In this document: positions 19,103 through 30,904 of the stretch, piece after piece
Layout of the letters: each line of letters begins with the position of its first letter
Numbering within the stretch: position 1 is the stretch's first letter
Source: Candidatus Binatia bacterium
GTDB lineage: Bacteria > Desulfobacterota > Binatia > Bin18
NCBI GenBank assembly: GCA_963664395.2
Contig: OY761159.2
Span: 2,880,001-2,944,000, forward strand
DNA: 64,000 bases
Direction of reading: 5' to 3'
The notes under the pieces: generated by a model
What the model saw: only the letters and a program-made list of their open reading frames with translations
The model's database searches: none
What the model was told of the DNA's origin: nothing
Position numbers and translations under genes: made by a program

Positions 19103-20155
19103 CTAAAACGTAATGAGCGGCTTGACGATATTGTCCGCCTTAGTCGTCATCATAGTGAACGCCGTCTCGACCTCGGCAAATGAAAACCGGTGGGTGGTCA
19201 GGGGCGTGGGGTCAATCCGCCCGTTTTGAATCAGCCGCAACAGACGCGAGACTTGCTCCCGCCCACCTGGGCACAGCGCGGTGTGAATCTTCTTGTCGCC
19301 CATGCCCAGACCAAACTCCGGCAGCGGAATGCTCAGGACATCGCCGGCTTCACCGTGATAGCCGATATTCGAGATCACCCCGCCCGGCTTGGTCGCTTTC
19401 ACGCAGTTCCCAAAAGTAATCGGAGCGCCCAGCGCCTCAATAGCAGAGTCTACTCCCAGGCCGCCCGTGAGCTGCATAATCTGTTCAACCGCGTCCCCTT
19501 GGGTCGGATCAACAACAATATCGGCGCCCATCTTTTTGGCGAGTTCTCTGCGGTCCGGCTTGGAGTCCACGGCGATGACCAGCCCAGCGCCTAACAGACG
19601 CGCACTTGCCGTGGCGCACAGCCCAACCGGACCTTGGGCAAAGACCGCGACCGTCCCGCCGGCCGGAATTTCCGCGTTCTCCGCCCCCACCAGGCCGGTG
19701 GACATCATGTCCGTGGTGTACAACGCCTGCTCATCTGTCAGGGCATCTGGGATGGCAACAACATTGTAGTCGGCATCGTTAACAGAAAAATACTCCGCCA
19801 TATTGCCGTCGCGCTGGATGGTGAATTTATATCCGCCCAGCATGCCGCCGCACTGCGAGGTGACGCCGCGCTGACAGGGGTCACACTTGCCGCACGGCGT
19901 GATGGCGTTCACCACCACCCGGTCGCCTTCTTTACAGGTTGTGACATTCGCGCCGACTTTATATACGACTCCAACGCTTTCGTGCCCGAGTACACGGCCC
20001 TCGGGAATTTCAATCACACCCCGCACGGTGTGCACATCTGAGGTGCAAATCAGCGCAGCCGTTGTTTTAATCACCGCATCATTCGGGCCAGGATCAGGAA
20101 TCGGCTTCTCAATAATACCAACCTTGTCTATGCCTAAAAATGCAAGTGCTTTCAT
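19103..20155 (-). CDS. Zn-dependent alcohol dehydrogenase (secondary ADH-like)
   Basis: ICTSDVH, LGHESVG, C-x2-C-x2-C-x7-C structural zinc site, TDMMSTG, GPVGL. Confidence 0.92.
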   Translation of the reverse strand: MKALAFLGIDKVGIIEKPIPDPGPNDAVIKTTAALICTSDVHTVRGVIEIPEGRVLGHESVGVVYKVGANVTTCKEGDRVVVNAITPCGKCDPCQRGVTSQCGGMLGGYKFTIQRDGNMAEYFSVNDADYNVVAIPDALTDEQALYTTDMMSTGLVGAENAEIPAGGTVAVFAQGPVGLCATASARLLGAGLVIAVDSKPDRRELAKKMGADIVVDPTQGDAVEQIMQLTGGLGVDSAIEALGAPITFGNCVKATKPGGVISNIGYHGEAGDVLSIPLPEFGLGMGDKKIHTALCPGGREQVSRLLRLIQNGRIDPTPLTTHRFSFAEVETAFTMMTTKADNIVKPLITF

Positions 20156-20186
20156 ATGGTCCTCCTGTTTGTCATCGATTTCTGTC

Positions 20187-20238
20187 GGAGTGCGGGTATT
20201 TTGCCCGCGACTATTTGCGGGCTGGAAGCCCGCACCCC
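20187..20238. repeat. REP-like doublet (GCGGGC..GCCCGC family)
   Basis: Hairpins GCGGGTATTTTGCCCGC and GCGGGCTGGAAGCCCGC; a related copy lies at 24226. Confidence 0.65.
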
Positions 20239-20241
20239 CAT

Positions 20242-21240
20242 CTACAGCATGTGGCGCACATCAGACAGGGTGTACGTCCCCGGCAGTTCGCGTCGCTCCG
20301 CCATCCGGTCCACCACTTGGGTTAGGAGGGCATTGATCGGAGTGGCAACACCGAGTTTCTGTCCCATCTCGTGGACACGGCCATTGAGATAGCGCGCTTC
20401 TGTTCTGCCCCGCCGGCAGAACACATCTTGCCACATGGACGGGAAAACATGGGTCGAACGGTCGGGCAACTGCTTTGGTGTAAAGTCCGGATGATGCAGC
20501 CCGGTCACCATCTCCGGCAAGGGCTGGTCACCTGGCAATGTTTTGAGTTTGATCTCGGCCTGAGCCAGGACGTGCTGCGCTTCCTGTAGCATGTCGCCCA
20601 GGAAGAGGCGGGTGTCCCGGTCGTTGAACGCTTCTACCCCGGAGACATCGAGAATTGCGGCCGGCGCGTTCATTAGATTGATACAAAACTTCGCCCACTT
20701 ACAGGCCCGGATATCGTCCGTCAGCGCCCCGCCCATATCGGCGGCTTGCAGGGCGGCCACAACCCGTTCTGCCGTCTCGTCCAGCCCTTCGGGATAACGG
20801 CCGATTACCAGCGAATTGCCCCCCAAGTGGCCAACTTCGCCGGGAAAGATAAAACGGGAACCCAGATGTAAAGCTGCGCCATAGACATTGCTGAAATGCT
20901 CGGCAACCAACTCTTCATTGGTCATGGTATTTTGCAGACAGAAGATGGGAGTTTCGGGCGGGACCTTGGCGCGCAGTTACTCGATGGCAACTGGGGTGTC
21001 ATAGGTTTTGACGCACAAGAAAATAACGTCGTCCGCCTGGAACTGCCAATCGTCCACAGCGGAACACACCGGCGGCGAGGTGACGAACTCACCATACCTG
21101 CCTGACATTTTCAGCCCGTCAGACTGGATTTTCTCAATATGGGGTGGGTCTCCAATAAGCAGAACATCCGTTCCGGCTTTTGAGAAATGCGCGCCTACAG
21201 TACTGCCGACCGCACCCGCGCCGAAGATGATAAACCGCAT
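20242..21240 (-). pseudogene. panE: Ketopantoate reductase family gene interrupted by one in-frame TAA
   Basis: GAGAVG and LCVKTYD in the 5' part; KWAKFCIN, SMWQD and TEARYLNG in the 3' part. Both are in one frame: PVAIE*LRAKVPPETPIFCLQNT, with the stop at 20977-20979. Confidence 0.85.
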
Positions 21241-21358
21241 CCGGTCTTCCTCCTGTGTCGGGCGCTAAGGTATGCCGCCAATGGACAGGCGTCAAGGAAA
21301 AGCGGGAAGGGGAGGAGTATGTGCTCTCTCGTCCCTGGATTTCACAATCTCGGAGAAT

Positions 21359-21946
21359 TTAGGATTTCTTTCGTGGCCATAAGACCAATGGCGGGGGGCC
21401 TTGGGGACTGTCCTTCAAGCTGTGGCACAGTCTGATGACGGCCTCTCCGAGCTGGCGCAGGTGATCCCGCACGCGCTCATCGGTAATCTCTCCGCCCTGC
21501 ATCTGATCGGCTCGCACGTACACGCTGCCGGGGACGATGTGCATATTGAACCAGGCCAATACTGGTTTCAGTTCCTGGTCGATGCTGAGGTAGTGATGGT
21601 CCGTATAAGCGTTCCCAATCAAACCGGCGACCTTGCCCATAAAGGCTTCGACCGGAATGTGGTCGAGCAGGTTCTTGAGAGCACCGGTGTAGGAGCCCCG
21701 GTAGATAGGCGTGCCGATGATATAGGCGTCGGCCGCGCTGATGCGTTCAAGCACGCGGGGGGTATCGTCCGGATAGTCTTCGGGTGGCCGCCCATCACAA
21801 AAAGAGATAGTCACCTCACGCAGATCGATCACGTCAGTCGTGATATCCGGGGTGTGTTCTTGCGCGGCTGCCAGCGCGGCATCAACAACGGTCCGCGTAC
21901 TGCCGCCGGCTGTCAGACTGCCTGAAATACCGAGTAGTGTGGTCAT
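21359..21946 (-). CDS. NAD(P)H-dependent FMN reductase
   Basis: GISGSL..GST and GTPIYRGSYTGALKNLLD. Confidence 0.92.
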   Translation of the reverse strand: MTTLLGISGSLTAGGSTRTVVDAALAAAQEHTPDITTDVIDLREVTISFCDGRPPEDYPDDTPRVLERISAADAYIIGTPIYRGSYTGALKNLLDHIPVEAFMGKVAGLIGNAYTDHHYLSIDQELKPVLAWFNMHIVPGSVYVRADQMQGGEITDERVRDHLRQLGEAVIRLCHSLKDSPQGPPPLVLWPRKKS

Positions 21947-22013
21947 GGGCGCTCCTCATTCTCTAATGGCATATAGTCCCCCGCTCTTCTATTCTCCTCC
22001 CTGCTATAGCCCT

Positions 22014-22412
22014 TCATCTGGAAGGAGATTGTTCTATGAACTCTGTTATCTCAGAGAGAACGGCCTCTAGCGTGGGAGGCGCGCCGGCAATGATCCGTTC
22101 TCCCCGCACCGCCGCGCGGACATGCTTATGGTGAGGAAAGGTGCTGGTTCTATGGTGAGGTGCATTATCGTAGCGGAACAGGAGATTTCCCTTAGCATTT
22201 TGACAATGATACCGGTACTTGGTTTTCACCAGCCGTGGTTCAGTACGGACAAATTCCATGAGGAAGAGCCGAATTCCCTAGGTAAATGTTGCCGTTCCCT
22301 TTATGAAACCAATATGGAGAGCGCGTTTTTCCTTTGTCAGAGTAGTTTGCGTCATATACAGACAGGCAGCGAATGTTCGCTCCAGATGGACAAAATACTC
22401 TTCGATCAGCAC
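22014..22412 (-). pseudogene. DUF6516/TumE-like toxin gene interrupted by an in-frame TAG
   Basis: GTG 22412 overlaps the antitoxin stop. It reads ..KGTATFT*GIRLFLMEFV..YRYH..FRYDNAPHH..FPHHKH, with the stop at 22278-22280. Confidence 0.8.
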
Positions 22413-22693
22413 ACTTCGGTCTCTCTCAGCAGTGCGAGTGCCTGCGTTAATTCCAGATGGGTTTCCCACTCTCCGGCCCACTCCATATGGGCTTCGTCGT
22501 CGCCCATTTCCCCGGCCTGATAGGCCCGGTAGAACTGCTGACTGGCCTGACCGAACTCTTTTTCAAAGGTTTTCAGACGTAGCCTCGTGCGTTTGAGCCC
22601 TGCCCGGACCGCTTTTTGCTGCATAGCCAGCGAATTTTCCACAAGCGTAGCGACAGCGGGCTTATGGTCCGATTCGATGTGGATGCGAGTCAT
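22406..22693 (-). CDS. TumA-like antitoxin
   Basis: LKTFEKEFGQASQQFYRAYQAGEMGDD..MEW motif, directly upstream of the DUF6516 gene. Confidence 0.8.
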   Translation of the reverse strand: MTRIHIESDHKPAVATLVENSLAMQQKAVRAGLKRTRLRLKTFEKEFGQASQQFYRAYQAGEMGDDEAHMEWAGEWETHLELTQALALLRETEVC

Positions 22694-22817
22694 ATGCTCT
22701 CCGTCCTTTACTTGGGCGAGGCAGGATTGCTTAGCCTTCTTCTCACCGTTCGTGTTGTCTTATACCGCTTAGGAGAGAGAAAGAGAACCGTCTTTCCGGA
22801 CAGGCTGGCCAAGCAGG

Positions 22818-24155
22818 CTAGGAGGACGGGGTCTGGTAGACCGGGGCGCGTGTCCTAGCCAAGCGAAGAATAAGCTCCGCGGCTTCCTCGGGGCCGTTGT
22901 GCCGGCGCAGGGTGTGCTGCATCTGCCCTGCCCGGCGAATGAAAGAAGGCTGGCTGAGAATAGTGTGGATAGCGCGTTTGAGCCGGGTGGTGGTGAGCAA
23001 GCGTCTGTCCAGCCGTAAACCGGCTCCGGCATCGACACAGCGCTGGGCATTATCGGGCTGGTCTGCGCCGAGGGGAATGCACAGCAGCGGAATCCCGTCG
23101 GACAGCGCCGTCAGCACAGTATTCACCCCACCGTGCGAGATAATCAGGCGAGGACGGGTTTTCGGCTCGGTTTGCAGCGCCGTCTGCGGAATATATGCCT
23201 CAATACGTACGTTTGATGGAACAGCGGAGAAAAGACTCGGCGGGCAACCGGGGCCGGTGACAACCAAGCCGAAGACGTCGAGCTGGCCGAGGGCGCGAAT
23301 AATTTTTCGGAATACGCTGAGGCGTGTATTAAAAACCGTGCCAAGGCTGACATACACAAGCGGCTTGTTCGGCGGCATGTTTGCCAGCCAACTTGGCACC
23401 TCCCAGTCAATCGGCCGGTCCCACACCGATGGACCAACATAATGCACCTGGGGCGGTAAATCGGGCCGATTGTAATCATATTCCCGACTACAGGTATGGA
23501 TGAGTAAGAACGGGGCGACGACATGGGGGGAGAGGGGGTCGGCGTGAGGAGGGAGTCCAAGCTGCCGGCGATAGCGATTCAGGGCAAAGCGCCACGGACC
23601 CATCAGCGCCGTGGCTGCGCGGAGCGCGCCCTTGAGTCCGAGCCGATAGGGAAGACGCAGGGCCGCGGGCACGGTTTCCACTCGTGGAAAGCCGGCTGGA
23701 GGAGCGTGCAGACTCGGGGACATGAAGTGGGTCATGGGGCTCAGCACGGCCCACGGTAGTGCCTGCTGCTCGCAAAAAAGCTGGGCGGCGAAAGTTAACG
23801 GCCCGGCCACAACAACGCTGGGCCGGAAGACCTGAGTAATCTGCCGGAGTTCCGGGATACGCGTGGGTATTGAGGCCATGAAGATGCGTAAAAAGTCGTA
23901 GCTCACGCGGAGATAATGAATGCGCAGATAGCGAATGAGTGGAAAAAATTCCTCTAAGCGTTCTTCAGAGTAGTGGGGGCCGAGTGGATAAAACGGCAGG
24001 CCCTCACGCTCGATGCGCGCTTGATAGAGCCGGCTCGTGGCCAAGGCTACTGCGTGGCCCCTGGCCTGGAGGGTCTGCATCACCGGCAGCAAAGGATGGA
24101 CATGACCCATGCCCGGCTCGGTGACAAAGAGGATGCGTTGGGGTGAGTGAGACAT
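22818..24155 (-). CDS. GT1 (MGT/UDP-glycosyltransferase) family protein
   Basis: GHVHP, VYVSLGT, YIPQ, HGGVNT and ADQPDNA motifs. Confidence 0.9.
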   Translation of the reverse strand: MSHSPQRILFVTEPGMGHVHPLLPVMQTLQARGHAVALATSRLYQARIEREGLPFYPLGPHYSEERLEEFFPLIRYLRIHYLRVSYDFLRIFMASIPTRIPELRQITQVFRPSVVVAGPLTFAAQLFCEQQALPWAVLSPMTHFMSPSLHAPPAGFPRVETVPAALRLPYRLGLKGALRAATALMGPWRFALNRYRRQLGLPPHADPLSPHVVAPFLLIHTCSREYDYNRPDLPPQVHYVGPSVWDRPIDWEVPSWLANMPPNKPLVYVSLGTVFNTRLSVFRKIIRALGQLDVFGLVVTGPGCPPSLFSAVPSNVRIEAYIPQTALQTEPKTRPRLIISHGGVNTVLTALSDGIPLLCIPLGADQPDNAQRCVDAGAGLRLDRRLLTTTRLKRAIHTILSQPSFIRRAGQMQHTLRRHNGPEEAAELILRLARTRAPVYQTPSS

Positions 24156-24225
24156 GCAATAACAGTCTCCCACCCCTATCATGCGAGCCGGGGTGTCGCA
24201 CCTGTGGACGAGGCGGCCTGTTTTC

Positions 24226-24248
24226 TGCGGGCAGGCTGCCCGCGCTCC
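24226..24248. repeat. REP-like hairpin
   Basis: GCGGGCAGGCTGCCCGCGCTCC, similar to 20216-20238. Confidence 0.55.
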
Positions 24249-24405
24249 CGGTCAATACACTCGCAATATAAAGAAGGAGAGGGCTCGCCTGACTAGACGC
24301 AACCGGCTTAGCTCAGTATGAAAGAGACAGCGATCCAGCGGCGGAGGTGGACGCCGAATCTCGACCTGACTGCTAGCTGCTGATTACTGTACGTGGAGGG
24401 CAGGA

Positions 24406-27400
24406 TTGGAAACCAACGGGACGGGTGGTGGCTCGATTCGTGTGACTGGCGCATGCCAGAACAATCTCAAAAACATTGATGTTCAGATTCCCTTGAACCA
24501 GCTGACTGTGGTGACAGGCGTCAGCGGTTCGGGCAAGTCGAGCCTGGCTTTCGATATCTTGTATGCCGAGGGTCAGCGTCGCTACGTCGAGAGCTTCTCG
24601 GCCTACGCCCGGCAGTTTCTCGACCGGATGGACAAGCCCCAGGTCGAGCGCATTGACGGTATTCTGCCGGCCATTGCCATTGACCAAAACCGACCGGTGC
24701 GAACCTCACGTTCAACGGTCGGTACGATGACCGAACTGCACGACCATCTCAAACTCCTGTTTGCCAAAATAGGCACCTTGTACTGTCAGGGATGTGGCCA
24801 GCCGGTCGCGCGTGATTCGGCTGAATCGGTGTATAAAAAACTATGCGCAGAAAAGCTGGACGGCTCCCGCTTTCTCGTTACTTTTAGCGTTACAACGCCG
24901 GCCAGCCTCCCTTGGGAAGAAGTCCGAAACGGTCTGCTGCGGTCCGGTTTTCATCGTATTGTTGTCGCTGGAAAGCCTGTTGATATCCAGGAACTGGAAG
25001 AGCGGCCCGAGGCCGGGCAAGAAACCTGCACTGTCCTGGTTGACCGTTTGGTCCTGAATAACCGTTCCAAAAAACGCACGCACGATTCATTTGAACAGGC
25101 CTTTCAGTATGGCAAAGGCCGTCTCACGCTCATTTTCCCGGATGAGGACAATGCCGAATTTCCATTCTCGGACCGGCTTGAATGCGCGGCGTGTGGCATC
25201 GCGTATCAAGAGCCGGTGCCCAATATGTTCTCGTTCAATAGCCCGCTCGGGGCGTGTGCGACCTGCCGCGGGTTTGGTCGCACGATTGATATTGATCCAG
25301 AGTTGATTGTCCCCGATCCGACCCTGACGCTGAAAAAAGGTGCGGTGAAGCCCTGGCGGATCAAAGCGGCACAATGGGAGCGGCGCGAGTTGTTTTCCTT
25401 TTGTGAGCAGAACAACATCCCGACCGAGGTGCCGTGGCAGGCGCTGAGCCAAGAGCAGCGGCACGCCATCGTGGAAGGGGAAAATGACTACTACGGCGTG
25501 CGGGGGTGGTTCAAATGGCTGGAAACCAAAACGTATAAAATGCACGTGCGCGTCTTTCTGGCGCGCTACCGGGGCTATTTCGAGTGTGAGGCCTGTCACG
25601 GCGCGCGGCTCAAACCAGAGGGGCTGCTGTATCGGGTTGGGGGCAAGACTCTGGCTGATATCAATCTGATGAGTATTGGGGCGTGTGCGAAATTCTTCGG
25701 GGCCCTCACGCTGACGGCCTACCAGGATCAGGTCGCCCGTCTCATTCTCGATGAGATTCGGAAACGCCTGCGCTATCTGGTTGAGGTCGGGGTTGAATAC
25801 CTGACCCTGGACCGTCAATCCCGCACGCTGTCCGGCGGCGAACTGGAACGCGTGGACCTTACCACGGCGATAGGCTCTGCGCTGGTCAATACGCTCTATA
25901 TTCTGGACGAACCGTCAATTGGTTTACATCCGCGTGATAGCCAGCGCCTGGTCCGTATCCTGCAAGACTTGCGCGACAACGGGAATACGGTCGTCGTGGT
26001 CGAGCATGACCCGGAGATTATTCGCGCGACCGACAATGTCATCGACCTTGGACCGCTGGCTGGTGAAAAGGGCGGCGAGCTTGTTTTTAACGGGCCATAC
26101 GCCAAGCTGCTCAAAGACAAGAAGTCGTTGACCGGTCAGTACCTCTCTGGCCGTCTGGGCATTCCGCTCCCTCAGCAACGACGGCCTGTCAAGAAAAAAT
26201 ATTCTCTCAGCGTCCGGGGGGCGAGGGCGCATAATCTTCAGGATATCGATGTCACCATTCCGCTGGGCTGCATGGTGTGTCTGACCGGGGTGTCCGGGTC
26301 GGGCAAGTCGACGCTAGTGGAAGATGTCCTGTATCGCGGCCTCAAAAAACAGCGTGGCGAGCCGGTCGGCATCCCCGGCGCGTGTCGCGCTATCCTGGGC
26401 GGAGAGCAGCTGGCCGATATTATTTTTGTTGACCAGTCGGCCATCGGCACAACGCCGCGCGCCAATCTGCTCACCTATACCAAGGCGTTTGATACGGTGC
26501 GGCGCTTACTGTCGCAAACCGAACTGGCGCGTGTCCGGGGGTATACACCGAGTACATTCTCGTTCAACGTTGAAGGCGGACGCTGTGAGTCGTGCAAAGG
26601 CGAAGGCTCTGAAAAAGTCGAGATGCAGTTTCTCTCGGACGTGTATGTCCCGTGCCCCGAATGTCAGGGCAAACGTTTTCGAGAAGAGGTGCTGGAAGTC
26701 CGCTATAACGGCAAGGGTCTCACCGACATTCTTCACTTTACGGTCACTGAAGCAATAGAATTTTTTGGCGCGCAAAAAGAGCTCAAGCGCCGCCTCGCCC
26801 CGCTGGCTGCGGTCGGTCTGGAGTATATGCGTCTGGGCCAATCGCTGACGACGCTGTCCGGTGGCGAGGCGCAGCGGCTGAAGCTTGCCACGCATATCGC
26901 GAAGGAACGCTCTCAAGACCCTGATCCGGATAGAAGCCACAGCACGCTGTTCATCTTTGATGAGCCAACCACCGGACTGCATTTTGCCGACATTCAGAAA
27001 CTGCTCAGTGCGTTCGACCAGCTCGTTGAACGTGGGAATTCGGTCCTCATCATTGAGCATAACCTTGAGGTCATTAAGTATGCCGACCATCTGATAGACC
27101 TGGGGCCTGAAGGGGGAGACGGCGGCGGGACGATTATTGCCGAGGGCACGCCCGAACAGGTGGCGCAGGTTACGGCCTCGCATACTGGACGGTATTTGAA
27201 GGAAGTCTTAGGGTCCCCGTCCACAGTTCGCAGTGCAAAGTCCAAGAAGCGGACAGCGAAGTCCCTGGCGCGGTCTTTTGCTGCCGACGTTGGGAGTGGG
27301 AAGTCCATTGCCATTGTTGGGGCCAAGGAGCACAACCTGCAGAATATTTCGGTTGATATTCCGCGCGACCAAATGGTGGTGGTGACGGGCCTGTCCGGGT

Positions 27401-30096
27401 CCGGAAAGTCAACGCTGGTTTTTGACTTGGTCTATGCCGAAGGCCAACGCCGCTATATTGACAGTCTGTCTGCCTACTCGCGGCAATTCATCAAGGTCCT
27501 CGCCCGGCCCAATGTTGATCTGCTGACCGGTATTCCACCCACGGTGGCCATTGAGCAGCGCATGAGTCGGGGCGGACGGAACTCGACCGTTGCCACCGTC
27601 ACCGAGCTTTCTCATTACTTGCGACTGCTGTATGCCAAGATTGGTGTGCAGCACTGTACGCAGTGTGGTGAGCCTCTGGCTGCGCGAAGCCGGAGTCAAA
27701 TATTGGATCGTATTCAGGCCGATTTTCACGGTCAGGAAACAACCTTTCTCGCGCCCGTGGTGCGGGGGCGGAAGGGATTTCATAAAGACATCTTGGATGG
27801 CGCGCGCAAGCTGGGCTTTCAGCACGCGCGGATCGATGCCCACAAGACAACTTTAGCACCGGGTTTGAGTTTGCAGCGCTATAAAGAGCACGATATCGAT
27901 ATTGTTATTGGCGAAACGCTGGTGAATGGCGCGAATGGAAACCGGCGCGACACTGAGGCCCTGCTCCAGTCCGCCCTGCGGATTGGGAATGGTGCGGTCC
28001 ATGTGTTTGGCCAAAACGAGGGTACCTCTGCTGAGCGTATCTATAGTGAGCATCTGTTCTGCGTAGCGTGTGGACTCGGGTTTGAAGAACTCGACCCACG
28101 CCTGTTTTCATTCAACAGCCGTCAAGGAGCCTGTCCGGCCTGTACGGGCGCGGGCTTTTTGTGGGAGTTTGATCCTGAACTTGTCGTCCCGGATGAGAGC
28201 AAATCTCTCAAACGAGACGCGCTCCTGCCGCTCGCTCGCTCTGAGCTTGCACGCGAGAAGAACAAGCTATTACGTGGGCTCAAGAAGCTGAGTGTCCCGG
28301 TTGACCGGCCATTTGGTGAGCTGAGCGTGGCGCAGCGTGAAGTGGTCTTTTCCGGGGATGGCAATGGGCTTCAGGGTACGTTCGCTATCTTGAACGAAGC
28401 GCTTGAATCCGGCCAGGATACGGGTGCCTCGTATGCTCTGTCGCAATTCCTGGGTGAGTCTGCCTGTCCGGAATGTCAGGGTGAGCGTCTGAATCCACGC
28501 GCGCGGGCTGTGCAGGTCTACGGTCACTCTCTTCCGGCTCTGCTGCGTTTGGCGACAGATGATTGCCTCAGTCATCTGCAGGCCCTTTCGCTGTCCGAGC
28601 GTGACACGCTCGTCGGGGGGCCGATTCTCAAAGAAATCGTCCCGAGACTCACCTTCCTCAATCAAGTGGGCCTGTCATATCTGTCGTTGGACCGCCGAGC
28701 TGATACGTTGTCTGGCGGAGAGGCGCAGCGTATTCGTCTGGCCGCCCAGCTTGGCTCCAATCTATGTGGGGTATGTTACATCTTGGACGAACCGACCATA
28801 GGACTGCATCCACGTGATAATGCCCGCTTGATTGATACCCTGCGCAATCTGCGAGAACGCGGCAATACCGTCCTGGTTGTTGAACACGACGAGCAGACTA
28901 TCGAAAATGCGGATGTGGTGATTGACCTCGGGCCGGGTGCCGGGGTGCACGGCGGTCAAGTCGTGGCAATTGGCTCGCCCGACGAATTGCGGGCGAATGC
29001 GGATTCCCTTACCGGTCAATTCCTCTCCTCCGCCCACCCGCGTCTGGGACCAGTCCGAGCTCTTACAGATCGACCGGCGCTCAGTCTCCGAGGAGTGCGA
29101 GAGAACAATCTGAAGAATATCGACATTGACATTCCCATCGGCACATGGGTGTGCGTATCCGGGGTGTCTGGGTCTGGAAAAAGCTCTTTAGTCCAGGAAG
29201 TCCTCGTCAACGGGCTGCGGCGCAAGCTTGGGCTGTATGCCGGTCGGGTTGGTAGACATGACAGCATTGACAACACGGAGTCCATCGAACGTGTAGTTGA
29301 GGTAGACCAATCGCCCATTGGGAAAACTCCGCGTTCGGTCCCGGCGTCCTACGTGGGCCTTTGGGACGAAGCCCGCCGGCTATTTTCTCTGCTGCCTGAT
29401 GCACGGCTGCGCGGATATAAACCCGGCCGCTTCTCTTTCAATGTGAAAGGGGGGCGCTGTGAGACGTGTACCGGCCAGGGCCGCATTAAGATGGAAATGA
29501 GCTTCCTGCCCGACGTGTACGTCACCTGCGATGTCTGTGGGGGTACGCGCTACAACGAGGAGACCTTGGAAATTGCCTACAATGGCAAGAACATTTCTGA
29601 TGTGCTTGAAATGACAATTGAAGAAGCGGCGACGTTCTTCATTGGGGTGCCAAAAATTGCGCGACCGCTAAAGCTTCTGAACGATATCGGTATGGGTTAT
29701 ATTCGGCTCGGTCAGGCCAGTAACACGCTGTCCGGGGGTGAAGCCCAGCGCATCAAACTGGCCTACGAGCTTGCAAAACGCTCACATGGCAAAACGCTGT
29801 ATGTCTTAGACGAGCCAACAACGGGGCTCCATTTCACCGATATCGAAAAACTGATCCATACGCTCCATCGTCTGATTGATAAGGGCAATACTGTTGTGAC
29901 GATTGAACATAATCTCGACATTATCAAAGAAGCTGATTACATCATTGACCTCGGCCCCGAAGGCGGCGCAGCCGGTGGAAACATTGTTGCCAGCGGCACC
30001 CTAAAGCAGCTCATGAAGAAGGCCAAGCAGTCGTACACGGCACAGTGTTTGAAAGAGTATCTGAATGGAGGGAACAATGGCGCGCGAGCAAATTGA
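24406..30096 (+). CDS. uvrA: Double-length excinuclease ABC subunit A
   Basis: 1896 aa with four Walker A motifs (GVSGSGKS x3, GLSGSGKS), four LSGGE/DEP modules and several CxxC zinc fingers. Confidence 0.95.
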   Translation: METNGTGGGSIRVTGACQNNLKNIDVQIPLNQLTVVTGVSGSGKSSLAFDILYAEGQRRYVESFSAYARQFLDRMDKPQVERIDGILPAIAIDQNRPVRTSRSTVGTMTELHDHLKLLFAKIGTLYCQGCGQPVARDSAESVYKKLCAEKLDGSRFLVTFSVTTPASLPWEEVRNGLLRSGFHRIVVAGKPVDIQELEERPEAGQETCTVLVDRLVLNNRSKKRTHDSFEQAFQYGKGRLTLIFPDEDNAEFPFSDRLECAACGIAYQEPVPNMFSFNSPLGACATCRGFGRTIDIDPELIVPDPTLTLKKGAVKPWRIKAAQWERRELFSFCEQNNIPTEVPWQALSQEQRHAIVEGENDYYGVRGWFKWLETKTYKMHVRVFLARYRGYFECEACHGARLKPEGLLYRVGGKTLADINLMSIGACAKFFGALTLTAYQDQVARLILDEIRKRLRYLVEVGVEYLTLDRQSRTLSGGELERVDLTTAIGSALVNTLYILDEPSIGLHPRDSQRLVRILQDLRDNGNTVVVVEHDPEIIRATDNVIDLGPLAGEKGGELVFNGPYAKLLKDKKSLTGQYLSGRLGIPLPQQRRPVKKKYSLSVRGARAHNLQDIDVTIPLGCMVCLTGVSGSGKSTLVEDVLYRGLKKQRGEPVGIPGACRAILGGEQLADIIFVDQSAIGTTPRANLLTYTKAFDTVRRLLSQTELARVRGYTPSTFSFNVEGGRCESCKGEGSEKVEMQFLSDVYVPCPECQGKRFREEVLEVRYNGKGLTDILHFTVTEAIEFFGAQKELKRRLAPLAAVGLEYMRLGQSLTTLSGGEAQRLKLATHIAKERSQDPDPDRSHSTLFIFDEPTTGLHFADIQKLLSAFDQLVERGNSVLIIEHNLEVIKYADHLIDLGPEGGDGGGTIIAEGTPEQVAQVTASHTGRYLKEVLGSPSTVRSAKSKKRTAKSLARSFAADVGSGKSIAIVGAKEHNLQNISVDIPRDQMVVVTGLSGSGKSTLVFDLVYAEGQRRYIDSLSAYSRQFIKVLARPNVDLLTGIPPTVAIEQRMSRGGRNSTVATVTELSHYLRLLYAKIGVQHCTQCGEPLAARSRSQILDRIQADFHGQETTFLAPVVRGRKGFHKDILDGARKLGFQHARIDAHKTTLAPGLSLQRYKEHDIDIVIGETLVNGANGNRRDTEALLQSALRIGNGAVHVFGQNEGTSAERIYSEHLFCVACGLGFEELDPRLFSFNSRQGACPACTGAGFLWEFDPELVVPDESKSLKRDALLPLARSELAREKNKLLRGLKKLSVPVDRPFGELSVAQREVVFSGDGNGLQGTFAILNEALESGQDTGASYALSQFLGESACPECQGERLNPRARAVQVYGHSLPALLRLATDDCLSHLQALSLSERDTLVGGPILKEIVPRLTFLNQVGLSYLSLDRRADTLSGGEAQRIRLAAQLGSNLCGVCYILDEPTIGLHPRDNARLIDTLRNLRERGNTVLVVEHDEQTIENADVVIDLGPGAGVHGGQVVAIGSPDELRANADSLTGQFLSSAHPRLGPVRALTDRPALSLRGVRENNLKNIDIDIPIGTWVCVSGVSGSGKSSLVQEVLVNGLRRKLGLYAGRVGRHDSIDNTESIERVVEVDQSPIGKTPRSVPASYVGLWDEARRLFSLLPDARLRGYKPGRFSFNVKGGRCETCTGQGRIKMEMSFLPDVYVTCDVCGGTRYNEETLEIAYNGKNISDVLEMTIEEAATFFIGVPKIARPLKLLNDIGMGYIRLGQASNTLSGGEAQRIKLAYELAKRSHGKTLYVLDEPTTGLHFTDIEKLIHTLHRLIDKGNTVVTIEHNLDIIKEADYIIDLGPEGGAAGGNIVASGTLKQLMKKAKQSYTAQCLKEYLNGGNNGARAN

Positions 30097-30493
30097 ACAG
30101 GAGATGGCGACCGCTGCTCATACCTATTTCGAGCGAGTCACGAACGGCGATGTAGACGGCATTCTCGAATTATTTGCCGACGATGCGCAGCTCATCAATC
30201 CCGTAACCGGTGCCGCCGGGATTCGAGGCAAGGCCGCTCTCCGCGTGTTCTACGAAAAACTGACAGCCAGTCTCGTCGATTATACAGCCGCGGCTACGGA
30301 CATCATTATCGAAGGCAATAAACTTATCGCGCCACTCCATCTCGAAGGGAAGACGACGGACGGAAAGCCGCTGGTGATGGACAACCTGAACTTCTGGACA
30401 TTTGAGAATGGGAAGTTCAAGGTGTTGCGGATTTATATGGATACCCATCCTTACCGCGCGGCGCTCAGTCAGGCGCTGAGTGGTACGGAGTAG
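30077..30493 (+). CDS. SnoaL/NTF2-like protein
   Basis: GDVDGILELFADDA..P..GKAALRVFY..FENGK..LRIYMD; GGAGGG RBS. Confidence 0.88.
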   Translation: MAREQIEQEMATAAHTYFERVTNGDVDGILELFADDAQLINPVTGAAGIRGKAALRVFYEKLTASLVDYTAAATDIIIEGNKLIAPLHLEGKTTDGKPLVMDNLNFWTFENGKFKVLRIYMDTHPYRAALSQALSGTE

Positions 30494-30502
30494 AGGGGCT
30501 TC

Positions 30503-30904
30503 TTGCAATTCGAGTTCATCATAGATGGTCCCCCTGTCTCTCAGCAGGCACGTCGAAGCAAACGAAGAAAAGAGTGGGTGGTGGAGGTTCAGGATGCCAT
30601 ACGGCGGTATTGGTCGGTGGGAGAGGTCCCCGTAACGGAACAGGTTATGCTTACCATCACCTACTTTCATGAAGGAAATTCGTTGGATGTCGATAATATC
30701 CCCAAGCCGATATTGGATGCGCTCAAAGACCTGGTGTATAGCGATGATACTCAAGTCACAGACCTTGTGTGTCGCAAGCGAAACCTCAATGATGATTTGC
30801 GCATTGTAAATTCTTCGAGCGTCTTGGCTGAAGGATTCGACCGTGGTAACGAATTTCTTTATGTCGTAGTCGAAGACGCGCCGGATCAAGAGGTTATTTT
30901 CTAA
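30503..30904 (+). CDS. rusA: RusA-family endodeoxyribonuclease
   Basis: LDVDNIPKPILDAL..YSDDTQV catalytic motif. Confidence 0.88.
   Translation: MQFEFIIDGPPVSQQARRSKRRKEWVVEVQDAIRRYWSVGEVPVTEQVMLTITYFHEGNSLDVDNIPKPILDALKDLVYSDDTQVTDLVCRKRNLNDDLRIVNSSSVLAEGFDRGNEFLYVVVEDAPDQEVIF

Noticed and set aside
30503-30904. Prophage suggested by rusA
   Set aside because: No structural, replication, lysis or integrase genes are nearby.
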